In this document: positions 40,055-49,533 of the stretch, piece after piece
Numbering within the stretch: the first letter of the stretch is position 1
How the letters are laid out: every line of letters starts with the position of its first letter
NCBI GenBank assembly: GCA_963665665.1
Contig: OY762428.1
Location: 3,296,001-3,360,000, forward strand
DNA from: Candidatus Kapaibacterium sp.
GTDB taxonomy: Bacteria; Bacteroidota; Ignavibacteria; Kapaibacteriales; UBA2268
Direction: 5' to 3'
DNA: 64,000 nucleotides
Position numbers and translations under genes: made by a program
Notes under the pieces: generated by a model
Databases searched by the model: none
Told to the model about the DNA's origin: nothing
What the model saw: the letters and a program-made list of their open reading frames with translations, nothing else

Positions 40055-41758
40055 ATGATGAAAAGAAGTACATCTGTTCTAATTGCAATTGGCCTGTTTT
40101 TAGGTATTGGAAGCGCCTACTCCCAGGTTTTTCCCGATGCCGGCAGGTTTTCGGGAAACTTCCAGGTGGATGCGCAATACTACCAGAAAGACAATGAAAT
40201 CGGTGCTGAAACTGTCCCGGAAGAAAAAATTCTTTCTAATTCATTCTTTAATCTGATTTATAATTTAAACTCTTTTGAAGTTGGTTTCAGATATGAATCA
40301 TATCTTGGGCCGATTTCCGGATTCGATCCCCGCTACGAAGGTAACGGCATTTCTTACCGATATGCTACCTACAGGTCGGATATTATTGATATAACAGCCG
40401 GAAATTTTTATGAGCAGTTCGGAAGCGGTATGATATTCAGGGCATACGAGGAAAGACAGCTTGGATATGACAACGCGATGGATGGTGTTAAAGTTAAGTT
40501 GCGTCCGGTTGACGGCCTGACATTGACGGGTATTATCGGCAAGCAGAGAAATTTCTGGGATCTGGGTAAGGGTCTTGTACGCGGAGCTGACGCGGAATTC
40601 GCGCTGACTGATGTTGTAACGGGACTGGTTCCTGATGAATATTCAATCAATCTCGGAGCCAGTGTTATTTCTAAGTATGAAGATTCTGTTTCAACACAAT
40701 ATGTTTTGCCGGCAAATACACTTGCTTATGCATTGAGAACCGGTATTTTCGGCCCTTCATTTAATGTTGATGCCGAATATGCATACAAGTACAACGACCC
40801 GCATGCTTCTAACCGCTACAGTTATAATCCCGGTCAGGCATTACTTTTAAATGCTTCTTATTTTACCAGAGGGCTTGGTGTGGCGCTTAATCTTCACCGT
40901 GTTGATAATATGGATTTCCGCAGTGAGCGCGGGGCTACATCAAACAGCCTGCTGATTAATTTTATTCCTCCGCTGACCAAACAGCAAACATACAGGCTTG
41001 CTACTGTTTATCCATTCTCGACACAGCTAAATGGCGAAGTGGGAGCACAGGCGGAAATTACTTATAAAATTCCGAAAAAAACACTTCTTGGCGGAAAATA
41101 CGGAACTAATTTAAGCTTTAACTTTTCAGTGATTAAAGCTATTGATTCAACTGCAACAATGATGGATACAGTTAACCACCGTGCACTGGAATATGATGCA
41201 CCCTTCTTCAGTACCGGCGACAGGACTTTCTTCAGGGATCTGAACTTTGCTATCGAGAAAAAATGGAATAAAGAACTGAAAACGAAATTTACATACATAA
41301 ATCAAACTTATGACCGTGATATTGTTGAAAATATGGGGGCTGCCAAATACGGGCAGGTAAAAACGAATATCGCAATTGCTGAAATTCAGTACAAGCTGTC
41401 CAGAACCAACACCATCAGAACAGAGATCCAGCACCTTTGGGCAAGCCAGGATTCAGCAATTACCGAGCAGGATTATACTTATGGCAACTGGCTTGTGGTG
41501 CTTGCCGAATATACTATTTCTCCTTCATTCTATTTTTCCGTATGGGATGAATTCAATTATTTCGACGAGGAAAAATACGGCGAAACTATCGACCGCAGCC
41601 TTCACTACCTGAATGCTTCTTTTGCTTATGTTCACGAAGCCACAAGGGTGTCAATCGGTTACGGACGCCAGCGCGAAGGCCTTCTTTGCGTAGGCGGGGT
41701 TTGCAGGCAGGTTCCGGCTTCAAACGGATTCTTCCTTTCGGTAACAAGTTCCTTCTGA
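40055..41758 (+). CDS. DUF6029 family outer-membrane protein
   Basis: GNFYEQFGSG.IFR.YEERQLG.DN; C-terminal GYGRQREGLLCVGGVCRQVPASNG. Confidence 0.88.
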   Translation: MMKRSTSVLIAIGLFLGIGSAYSQVFPDAGRFSGNFQVDAQYYQKDNEIGAETVPEEKILSNSFFNLIYNLNSFEVGFRYESYLGPISGFDPRYEGNGISYRYATYRSDIIDITAGNFYEQFGSGMIFRAYEERQLGYDNAMDGVKVKLRPVDGLTLTGIIGKQRNFWDLGKGLVRGADAEFALTDVVTGLVPDEYSINLGASVISKYEDSVSTQYVLPANTLAYALRTGIFGPSFNVDAEYAYKYNDPHASNRYSYNPGQALLLNASYFTRGLGVALNLHRVDNMDFRSERGATSNSLLINFIPPLTKQQTYRLATVYPFSTQLNGEVGAQAEITYKIPKKTLLGGKYGTNLSFNFSVIKAIDSTATMMDTVNHRALEYDAPFFSTGDRTFFRDLNFAIEKKWNKELKTKFTYINQTYDRDIVENMGAAKYGQVKTNIAIAEIQYKLSRTNTIRTEIQHLWASQDSAITEQDYTYGNWLVVLAEYTISPSFYFSVWDEFNYFDEEKYGETIDRSLHYLNASFAYVHEATRVSIGYGRQREGLLCVGGVCRQVPASNGFFLSVTSSF

Positions 41759-41823
41759 TGTAACTATTGTGTAATATAACGGTCTGTTAGATAGAATAAA
41801 AAACAAAAATAGAAAGATAATAA

Positions 41824-42699
41824 ATGAAAAGATATATAAATATACTCAGCCTGATGATGATAAGCGGAATGATTCTGCTATCATCATGCGACGAAGTTGA
41901 CCCGCCATACCTGAAATCCGGCGGCGGATTTGTAGATACAAACGAAGTGGTTCAGAAAATTCTTCTCGAAGAATTTACAGGTATGAAATGCGGCAACTGC
42001 CCAGCAGCACACAGGGAAGCAAAAAGGCTTTCCGATTACTATCCAGGAAGGATAATCCTTGTTGGCCTGCATGCAAAATTCTATGCAAAGCCTGATCCCA
42101 GTCACCCTCTTGACCTGAGGTGCGATGAATCTGAAGAACTGGAAACAAAGTACGGTGCTTTGCAGGCTGGCTTTCCCAAAGGAATGCTGAACAGAATGGA
42201 ACTTAACGGTAACGTTCTTCAGGATCCGGGAAACTGGGATACTGAAATCCCGGCTATTCTGAACCAGGAACCGCCAATGAGTATAGAACTTACTCCATCC
42301 TATGATGAGGCAACCCACGAAATATCTGTGGATGTGGATATTGAATATTTTAAAGCAGGCGAAACAACACATAATCTCTGTGTTTTCATCCTTGAGGATA
42401 ATATTGTAGGTTTCCAGACCGATGATGAAGCCACTCCTTCGGAAATTGAAGATTACGTTCACAGGCACGTACTTCGCGGCTCGATGAACGGAACCTGGGG
42501 CGAGGCTGTTTCTACAACAGCTCCGACAACTGGCGAAATGATAAATAAAACCGTTAAGTTTGTTATTCCCGAAGAAAACAGGCCCGGTGGTGAAAAAGAA
42601 TGGAATGTTGACAACCTGATTCTTGTTGCCTTTGTACATAATTATGACGGCAATTCGGTTGTACTCCAGGCCGAGGAAGCTCACCTTATTGAAGAATAA
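41824..42699 (+). CDS. Omp28-related thioredoxin-fold lipoprotein
   Basis: Lipobox LSSC; LLEEFTG.KCGNCP (CxxC); HRHVLR, LVAFV. Confidence 0.88.
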   Translation: MKRYINILSLMMISGMILLSSCDEVDPPYLKSGGGFVDTNEVVQKILLEEFTGMKCGNCPAAHREAKRLSDYYPGRIILVGLHAKFYAKPDPSHPLDLRCDESEELETKYGALQAGFPKGMLNRMELNGNVLQDPGNWDTEIPAILNQEPPMSIELTPSYDEATHEISVDVDIEYFKAGETTHNLCVFILEDNIVGFQTDDEATPSEIEDYVHRHVLRGSMNGTWGEAVSTTAPTTGEMINKTVKFVIPEENRPGGEKEWNVDNLILVAFVHNYDGNSVVLQAEEAHLIEE

Positions 42700-42724
42700 T
42701 TTTCTGTAAAAAACAATATTTTGT

Positions 42725-42763
42725 AACTGATCCAATGACTACAAGCATTGGATCAGTTTCTTT
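42725..42763 (+). terminator. Perfect 13-bp hairpin, probable terminator
   Basis: aactgatccaatg-actacaag-cattggatcagtt followed by tcttt. Confidence 0.7.
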
Positions 42764-42975
42764 ATAAGGCAAAAATAATCCCCGAAGCCCAATAAGGAAT
42801 CCGGGGAATAACGGGTATGAACCCTGAATTAAACTTAGTAGAGAATTCCGCGGAAAGCTGCATTTTTTGCTATCCGACTTTGCCTTATACTGTAATCTGT
42901 CAAATTCATTATCGATTAGCCCATGAAATCCGGGCCTTATGAATAAGAATTGTAAAGAAGAACATAATTCCTGCC

Positions 42976-45441
42976 CTAAATGCCGCCCTCGAAATTTGTA
43001 TCCGGGGCCTGTCCGTCCTGCCCGCGCCTGTCGGACTGATAATTATTAATTCGGTATGTCAGCGTTAGGGAGGCTACCGGTTGCTCAGGTGTGAAACCGC
43101 CGTAGGAATGAAGGTTCAGCGTCCTGTTATCGAAAACGTAATCTCCTGTGCTGAATATATCCCTGACGTTAAAGAGAAGCGAGAGCGACCTGTTGAAGAA
43201 GTCCTGCCTGATTGAAGCGCTCATTATGAAAACTTCCTCCTGCTCGCCGTCGGTGATGATCCTGGGGCCTGAGTAGTATCCGTTTAGCTGGAGTACCGTG
43301 GATTTTGAAAAATATACAGTTGCCATTCCGTTCAGGTCGGCTACATTTGTCTGGCGTGTATCAGTGCCGCCGAAATCATCTTTTTCAACAAGATTGTAAC
43401 TATAGTAATTACCTGCAACATAGAATCTCAGCCAATCAAAAGGTGTGGCGTTAACAGATATTTCACCACCGTAGAGATAATCTTTGTCATTGTTATCTGA
43501 TGTCAGAAGTATCCTGTTATCCGGGAGCAGAGTCATTGTTCTGCCAATCAGGTTGTTTGTCTGGCGGTAATATGTTTCAAGAGATATGAAAAATTTACCA
43601 AATCCGTCGCGATAGTTCAGTTCATATGAATCCGTAAACTGTGGTTTAAGATTCGGGTTGCCCTGGCTGATGTAATATTCATCAACGAAATCAGGATATG
43701 GATTCAGCTGCCTGTGATCAGGACGGTAAACTCTTCGGCTGTAGCTTGCCTGGAGTTGTCTTACCTGAGACATGGTCCATGTAAGGTGTGCCGATGGGAA
43801 CAGATTGAACTGATCGAAATCAAAATCCTGTCCGGTAGTTATCTGATGGAGATTCCTTTGGAAATGCTCGCCTCTTAATCCAACCATGAACCCAAGGTCT
43901 TCAATAATCTGGTCTGTATATGTAAGATAAAGTGAGTTTATATAATGGTCGTAATCAGATTCATTTGAATAATTATTATTAATATTCCATACTTCCTGTG
44001 AAGTATCGAAATCCTGGTAAATAAAATCGGATCCTTTGACGAAATAATCGCTTTGCGCACCTGCCTCAATCTTTCCAATTTCTTCGAAAGGAAGAGTATA
44101 GTCAATTTTATATCTAAGATTTGTTCCATCTGCCTCTGTTGCAGATTTGTTCTTGCGAAGAAGATCAACAATTTCAGAATGCCCCTGGTTGCTCTCGCTT
44201 CGGGCCGAACTTCCTTCGGCATCTGCCTGCCAATATGAATAGAGGAAATTTGTACTTATCTTTTGTCCTGCATCATTCAGGTTAATTTCATAGTTCAGGT
44301 ATGAGCTGATATAATTACCATCAACAATATAAAGGTCATCATTTTTGAAGTAGCTTCTGTCCTCATTAAAGGAATTCCACTCGGAATATTCCGTTGGCAT
44401 TATTCTGTCAAATCCGAAATAGCCGTAATCAACCTGTAGCTGCAGGGTGTTATTATCGTTAATATAATAATCGCCACCGCCACGGAGGTTATAGCCTTTG
44501 GAAAAATATGTGCGGTTCATCAGTGACTTTACAAGAAATGTCGTATCATTAGTTACTGTTTCGCGCATAAAATCGCTTACAGGGTGCATTCTTCGGCTGT
44601 TGTAGCTGAATGCCATATTCGTGCTGTAAACAGAATTGCGGTAATTGGAATTCAGGCTTGCAGAATATTTATCCCTTGTTGCGCTTGTCATATTCAGAAG
44701 TCCGCTGAACCCTGACAGCTCATCGCTCTTGGTTATAAGGTTCAGAATACCGGAAACGCCGTCGGGATCGTATTTTGCAGAAGGATTGGTAATGATCTCG
44801 ATACTTTGCAGGGATTCTGCCGGAAGCTGCTGCAACAGATCTTTAGCTGACATCATGGTAGGCTTACCGTCAACAAGGAGAGTAAAGTTCTGGCTGCCCC
44901 GCAGGTATATATTACCGTCAATATCCATCCTGACAGAAGGCACTTTTTCGAGCGCTTCAGCGGCAGTAGCTCCTTTGGCAGCGTCGGATTCCTTGAGGTT
45001 GATAACTTTTTTATCAATTTCATAAGAAACTATATCTTTTTCAGCTTCAACTTTTACCCCCTCCGTTTCGACAATATTCGCCGATAGATGGATTTCCCCC
45101 ACATCCAGCTTCGTCCGGCCGGCCATATTTATACCTTCTTTGAAAAAGGGTTTGTAGCCAATGAAATGTGCCTTCAGCCTGTATTGTACCGGCGGGACAT
45201 TTTCCACCGTAAACAAACCGTCCTTGTCGGTTATAGCCCCGGTAACAACTATAGTATCGCGATAGAGAAGGGATATAGTGGTATATGGAAGCGGCTTGCC
45301 GGTTTCTTTGTCAAGCACTTTGCCTGTAACTTTGCCGTTGTATTTGGGGCGGCCCCCCTGGCCTGTGGATGGGTAAGTGATTGCGGCCAATAAGATTATA
45401 AGAAGTGAAATTCTTAAAAAGTTGATCATGTCAAAAAACAT
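42976..45441 (-). CDS. TonB-dependent receptor-like outer-membrane protein
   Basis: 821 aa; N-terminal carboxypeptidase-regulatory-like domain; plug IEIITNPSAKYDPDG.SGILN; GNPNLKPQFT barrel motif. Confidence 0.9.
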   Translation of the reverse strand: MFFDMINFLRISLLIILLAAITYPSTGQGGRPKYNGKVTGKVLDKETGKPLPYTTISLLYRDTIVVTGAITDKDGLFTVENVPPVQYRLKAHFIGYKPFFKEGINMAGRTKLDVGEIHLSANIVETEGVKVEAEKDIVSYEIDKKVINLKESDAAKGATAAEALEKVPSVRMDIDGNIYLRGSQNFTLLVDGKPTMMSAKDLLQQLPAESLQSIEIITNPSAKYDPDGVSGILNLITKSDELSGFSGLLNMTSATRDKYSASLNSNYRNSVYSTNMAFSYNSRRMHPVSDFMRETVTNDTTFLVKSLMNRTYFSKGYNLRGGGDYYINDNNTLQLQVDYGYFGFDRIMPTEYSEWNSFNEDRSYFKNDDLYIVDGNYISSYLNYEINLNDAGQKISTNFLYSYWQADAEGSSARSESNQGHSEIVDLLRKNKSATEADGTNLRYKIDYTLPFEEIGKIEAGAQSDYFVKGSDFIYQDFDTSQEVWNINNNYSNESDYDHYINSLYLTYTDQIIEDLGFMVGLRGEHFQRNLHQITTGQDFDFDQFNLFPSAHLTWTMSQVRQLQASYSRRVYRPDHRQLNPYPDFVDEYYISQGNPNLKPQFTDSYELNYRDGFGKFFISLETYYRQTNNLIGRTMTLLPDNRILLTSDNNDKDYLYGGEISVNATPFDWLRFYVAGNYYSYNLVEKDDFGGTDTRQTNVADLNGMATVYFSKSTVLQLNGYYSGPRIITDGEQEEVFIMSASIRQDFFNRSLSLLFNVRDIFSTGDYVFDNRTLNLHSYGGFTPEQPVASLTLTYRINNYQSDRRGQDGQAPDTNFEGGI

Positions 45442-45647
45442 CCTGAAAGTGAAACAATACAGATAATACGCTTAACAAATTTATCAGTTTCACAAATTGC
45501 TGATAAATGTGCAAATATTATTAGGCTTAGCTAATCATATTCTTTGATATGTAAATATTGCTTGCAGATAAGAAAAAATTAATATATATTGAACTATTGA
45601 TAGAAATATTATTGTTACACAATTTTTGTAAAGCAGGAGGATATTTG

Positions 45648-46187
45648 ATGAAGAAATTTTTTGCACTTTTCGTAGCAGCGCTACTTTTTGTAGCGGTAAC
45701 AGACAGCCACGCACAGAAAGCATTCAAAAACCCGATGTACCTTGGTGGTGAAGTAGGTATTTCAATGCCACTGGGTGATTTTGGCGACGGCGTTAACATG
45801 GGATTCGGCCTGAATGCCACATTCCAGTACTACTTCCAGAGGAATATGTCAATTGTCGGTTTTCTTGGTTATTGGTCATACGGAACAGATTCTGATGACT
45901 TGACAATTTCAAATATACCTTTCGGAGCCGGTTTTAGATATGAATTCGCCGGAGGTAATATTGTACCATTTATTGGCGGCGATTTATGCTTCAACAATGC
46001 AACAATTAAATACGACAGCGAGTATGGAGAATGGGATGATTCCGAATTGAAATTCGGATTTGCACCCGCAGGCGGTATTATTGTAAAAATGAGTCCGAAT
46101 ATGGATCTGGTTGGAACAGCAAGATTTAATATCATTTCTGATATGAATAACTTTCAGATTACAGGCGGCCTCAGGTTCAGAATGTAA
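45648..46187 (+). CDS. Small outer-membrane beta-barrel protein (OmpA/OmpW-like transmembrane domain)
   Basis: AGGAGG RBS before the ATG at 45648; signal peptide; about eight amphipathic strands; ends GLRFRM. Confidence 0.8.
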   Translation: MKKFFALFVAALLFVAVTDSHAQKAFKNPMYLGGEVGISMPLGDFGDGVNMGFGLNATFQYYFQRNMSIVGFLGYWSYGTDSDDLTISNIPFGAGFRYEFAGGNIVPFIGGDLCFNNATIKYDSEYGEWDDSELKFGFAPAGGIIVKMSPNMDLVGTARFNIISDMNNFQITGGLRFRM

Positions 46188-46211
46188 TTTTGAAAAATAA
46201 ATTTAAATTAG

Positions 46212-46238
46212 AAAGCTCCGCTTTGCTGCGGGGCTTTT
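46212..46238. terminator. Intrinsic terminator between convergent genes
   Basis: aaagctccgc-tttgct-gcggggcttttt. Confidence 0.7.
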
Positions 46239-46292
46239 TAATTCCGGGAGCTGTACGCCCCCGGTTTTTTATAATTTAAAAAAATGAACAAA

Positions 46293-47048
46293 TTACAGTT
46301 CCGCTGCAACGAGCATTTCGTAGTTATCTGTTGTAAGCGGCCGTCCGCGCTCGTAAATGCCAATGTCGCAGCCCATAATATCAATATTCCTGAAATCAAG
46401 TGTTTTCAGCAACCATGTAATCTCTGACGGAGCGTAGTAACGTTCATTACAGTCAACTCTATGCTTATTTCCGTCGTCGTCAGTGAATTCCAGGTCGGAA
46501 TAATCCCTGAAGGTCATAATATTGAAATTACTTTCAAAAGTAGTACCGTCAAGCAGATTCTTATCATGAAAATCCTTTACGGAATGATATAATGGAAATA
46601 AAGCGCTCAGGCATGTAAAAATATACTTCCCGCCATCTTTCAGATGCTTCCTGCTATTACTCAGAATTGCAAAATTCATCTCGTCTGTTTCCATCAGTGA
46701 AAATCCACCTTCGCAAAGCATTATAGCAAAATCAAACTTCCTGCCGAGCGAAAACTCCCTGGCGTCAGCCTGAATGAAATCAATCTTCAGCCCGGCGTTT
46801 TGTGCTTTTTCTCTTGCTTTTTGCAACTGGTTTTCCGAAAGATCGATACCTGTTACATTATAGCCCCTTTTTGCAAGTTCAATAGAATGCCTGCCGGTTC
46901 CGCAGCCGACGTCGAGGATTGTTTTGCTTTTGTCAAAATTCAGTTCTTTCTCCAGAAAATCGCATTCGCCGATAGTTCCCTGTGTAAAAAATTCTTTGTC
47001 GTATGTGTTTGAGTAGTTTTCGAACAATTGTTCATACCATTTTTTCAA
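46293..47048 (-). CDS. Class I SAM-dependent methyltransferase
   Basis: ILDVGCGTGRH, GIDLS, ADAR, MLCEGGF. Confidence 0.92.
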   Translation of the reverse strand: MKKWYEQLFENYSNTYDKEFFTQGTIGECDFLEKELNFDKSKTILDVGCGTGRHSIELAKRGYNVTGIDLSENQLQKAREKAQNAGLKIDFIQADAREFSLGRKFDFAIMLCEGGFSLMETDEMNFAILSNSRKHLKDGGKYIFTCLSALFPLYHSVKDFHDKNLLDGTTFESNFNIMTFRDYSDLEFTDDDGNKHRVDCNERYYAPSEITWLLKTLDFRNIDIMGCDIGIYERGRPLTTDNYEMLVAAEL

Positions 47049-47320
47049 TGTTCTGTCCTAAATAAAATTTTATAATATGAAATAAATTCAACTACCGCGG
47101 GAGCCGTATATGGAGATAAAAAAATTAGAGGAGTTACATCATGGGTTTTGATGATTCCTTATAATTTATCCCGGCAAAAACTAAACAAAGCTCCCTGGTA
47201 ATACCGGAGCCGCTAAAGCGTTTTAAGTTTTTCGGAATAAATTATGCTACCGTCATCAAAATCGTTGTTAGTGAAACATGTTATTTATCATGTTAAAATC
47301 AATTGTTACAAATATAAATA

Positions 47321-47350
47321 AAAAAGCCCCGGAAACCGAGGCTTTTTTTT
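47321..47350 (-). terminator. Intrinsic terminator
   Basis: aaaaagcc.cgg-aaa-ccg.ggctttttttt. Confidence 0.75.
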
Positions 47351-47376
47351 CAAAGTAATATATGCATAAAGTGATA

Positions 47377-48138
47377 TTAACCTTCTGTATCATCTTCTGT
47401 GGTTTCGAAGCAAGGGCCTTCAAGCTGTGCATACCATTCGTTGAATGCAGCCTGTTCTTCACTTCCGTCTTCAAACATATCGTCAATAGCTGTCAGAAGT
47501 GTATCCAGGCAGTCGCAATAAGCTTCCTGATCGAAAATTTCCATCATTCTTTCTTTTACTGTTTCATGAAGTTCAATCAGGTCCGCGCGAAGTTCTTCTT
47601 TTGTATATTCGCCGGTTTCATCATTGCGGTACTGTTCAATCAAAGCTTTGCGCTGTGCATTTGCCCATTGCATAATTTCCATTCTGTCTTCCATTGATTC
47701 CTGGAATACTTCCCACCTGCATTTGAAATAAGCGCTCATATATTCTTTTACTGCTGTCATCTGTGTTTCGTCAAGATCAAGATTACGAAGCAGGCTGCCA
47801 AGGAAAATACCTGTACGTTTGTGCCTGAAGTCGTTATCTTTTCTGCCTCTGTCATCACGTCCGCCTTTGTCGTCGCGTCCGTGCCTGTCCATCATAACAA
47901 CTGAATAGCTGTCATTTTTCAGTGAAAATTCCAAACCAGTATCGCCGGCCTGAAAATCAAGGATTTCTTCAGCTGCGTCCATTACAAAGAAATTATCAGA
48001 ATCATAATTCACCTGAATTGATTCCACATCACCAGTAGTATCAAGATCGCTGATTACATCTTCGCAGGCTGTGAAGCCGATCATCAGAATCACGGCGAAA
48101 AATGCCGTTACCGCTTTTTGCCAGTTAAATTTTCTCAT
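47377..48138 (-). CDS. Lipoprotein with helical Spy/CpxP-like C-terminal region
   Basis: Likely start MRKFNW at 48138; lipobox FTAC; L.LDETQ helical pattern after a charged Asp/Arg/Gly linker. Confidence 0.65.
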   Translation of the reverse strand: MRKFNWQKAVTAFFAVILMIGFTACEDVISDLDTTGDVESIQVNYDSDNFFVMDAAEEILDFQAGDTGLEFSLKNDSYSVVMMDRHGRDDKGGRDDRGRKDNDFRHKRTGIFLGSLLRNLDLDETQMTAVKEYMSAYFKCRWEVFQESMEDRMEIMQWANAQRKALIEQYRNDETGEYTKEELRADLIELHETVKERMMEIFDQEAYCDCLDTLLTAIDDMFEDGSEEQAAFNEWYAQLEGPCFETTEDDTEG

Positions 48139-48577
48139 TGTGAACCTTTCAAAATTAAACATTTATGATTACAGGGTGTTTTCCATTTTTATTATCACCG
48201 TCTTAGAAACAATTACACTACTCAGTAATATTTGTTAGAAAAAATATTTTAAAAATTTTACATAATATCAACTTCTTAAAGTTATCAGACAAAGATAATA
48301 CTAAATGGTTTAATATTAAAAACACAAAATAATTTTAAAATTTCCCCATTTGGCATTATCATTACATTCAAGATTAATAATTATATCTTTTGTAGATAAA
48401 ATAGTATTTCATGTGCAAACATTTTTACCGAAGCTTCGCTTCAACAAAAAAAAATAATAAAACTTTCCTGCGTCTTTTTGCCTTTTCATGTGTTTTAATA
48501 ATGAAAAGGAATTATGGTTTATTGTCAATGGAAACATTTATTCAATACCGTTAACAATAATTAAATAGGGAAATATC

Positions 48578-49196
48578 ATGAAAAAGATAATTTTATAAAT
48601 CATTTTGTTTATTGGCATTTTTAGCAATTTATATTCATCTGAGGCTATACAATGGGTTAATTATAATTTTGATCTTTGCGGCTTACCTGATAATAGACTT
48701 TCCACTATAATAGCAGAAAAAGACACTCTATGGATTGTATCAGCAGTAGCCATGGGGATTTTTTAAATACGATGGTTCTGATTTTGAACGATTTTATAAA
48801 GAAAATTCAGGACTGCCAACAAACGGTGTTACCTGTATAACAATTGATGATGCCGGAAATAAATGGATAGGAACAGCATACAATGGAGTTGTTGTTTACC
48901 GCGAGGGTGGGGTAATTCTTGGCGTGGAAGAGGGCGGCAGCCTTGCAGGAAAAACAGCCCCCAACCCGGCGGAGCAAACCGTTAATATTGAATATTCCCT
49001 TGCCACTTCCGGAAATGTAAGCATTGATGTTTATTCTTCTGCAGGCAGCCCGGCAGGCAGCTATGACGCAGGCTGGCAGGAAGAGGGCGGCAATAATTAT
49101 ATCATTCCTCTTTCAAATTTCCCGTCCGGCTCTTATTATTATAAAGTTCGCTGCGGCAAACAGCTCGTGAACGGTAGCTTTATAGTAAGGAAGTAG
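48578..49196 (+). pseudogene. Disrupted beta-propeller-repeat protein with T9SS CTD
   Basis: MKKIIL*IILFIG... (TAA 48596-48598); GLPDN...DTLWI; frameshift at the T6 run 48759-48764; then KYDG...NSGLP.N.V..I.ID..GNKWIGT and CTD APNPA...PSGSYYYKV. Confidence 0.75.
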
Positions 49197-49341
49197 GGTT
49201 TTAAACCTTCTCTAAATCTCCTCCTACGGAGCTAAAAACAAATATTAACACTTTCGGCGACGGGCTTCCATCGGATCCCGACAAACCCACGATAAATCGG
49301 GTCAGGCCCAGGAAAGTCCGGGTTTGCGGATGTCAAACACT

Positions 49342-49421
49342 ATAATATTTCATTGTTCAGATATATTGATATGGCAAAATTATTAATAATTCCGACATAT
49401 TGATCTACGGTTTTGTGCTAA
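49342..49421 (+). repeat. Dispersed ~85-bp repeat, copy 2
   Basis: Aligns by eye with 33155-33239. Confidence 0.7.
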
Positions 49422-49479
49422 TAAATCGTTGATTTTTCCTACACTGGTCTGGAATTCTGATATTTTGTGGTTAAGTAAC

Positions 49480-49509
49480 AAAAAAACCCTCCTTTAATCG
49501 GGAGGGTTT
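49480..49509 (-). terminator. Intrinsic terminator
   Basis: A-run-ccctcc...ggaggg-ttt. Confidence 0.7.
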
Positions 49510-49533
49510 AATTATTCAATTTTTATGAGCAAA

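Noticed and set aside
41884-42735. 283-aa minus-strand ORF
   Set aside because: Antisense shadow of the well-supported Omp28 gene; no recognisable motifs
48924-49196. Stand-alone 90-aa CTD-only gene
   Set aside because: It is the 3' fragment of the disrupted gene starting at 48578
49298-49330. AGGAAAGTCCGGG resembling the RNase P RNA P4 motif, and GGGTCAGG resembling SRP RNA
   Set aside because: No matching 3' P4 strand (AGAA.CCGGCTTA-like) downstream and no GGAAG.AGCAG SRP loop; the motif is explained by a local inverted repeat
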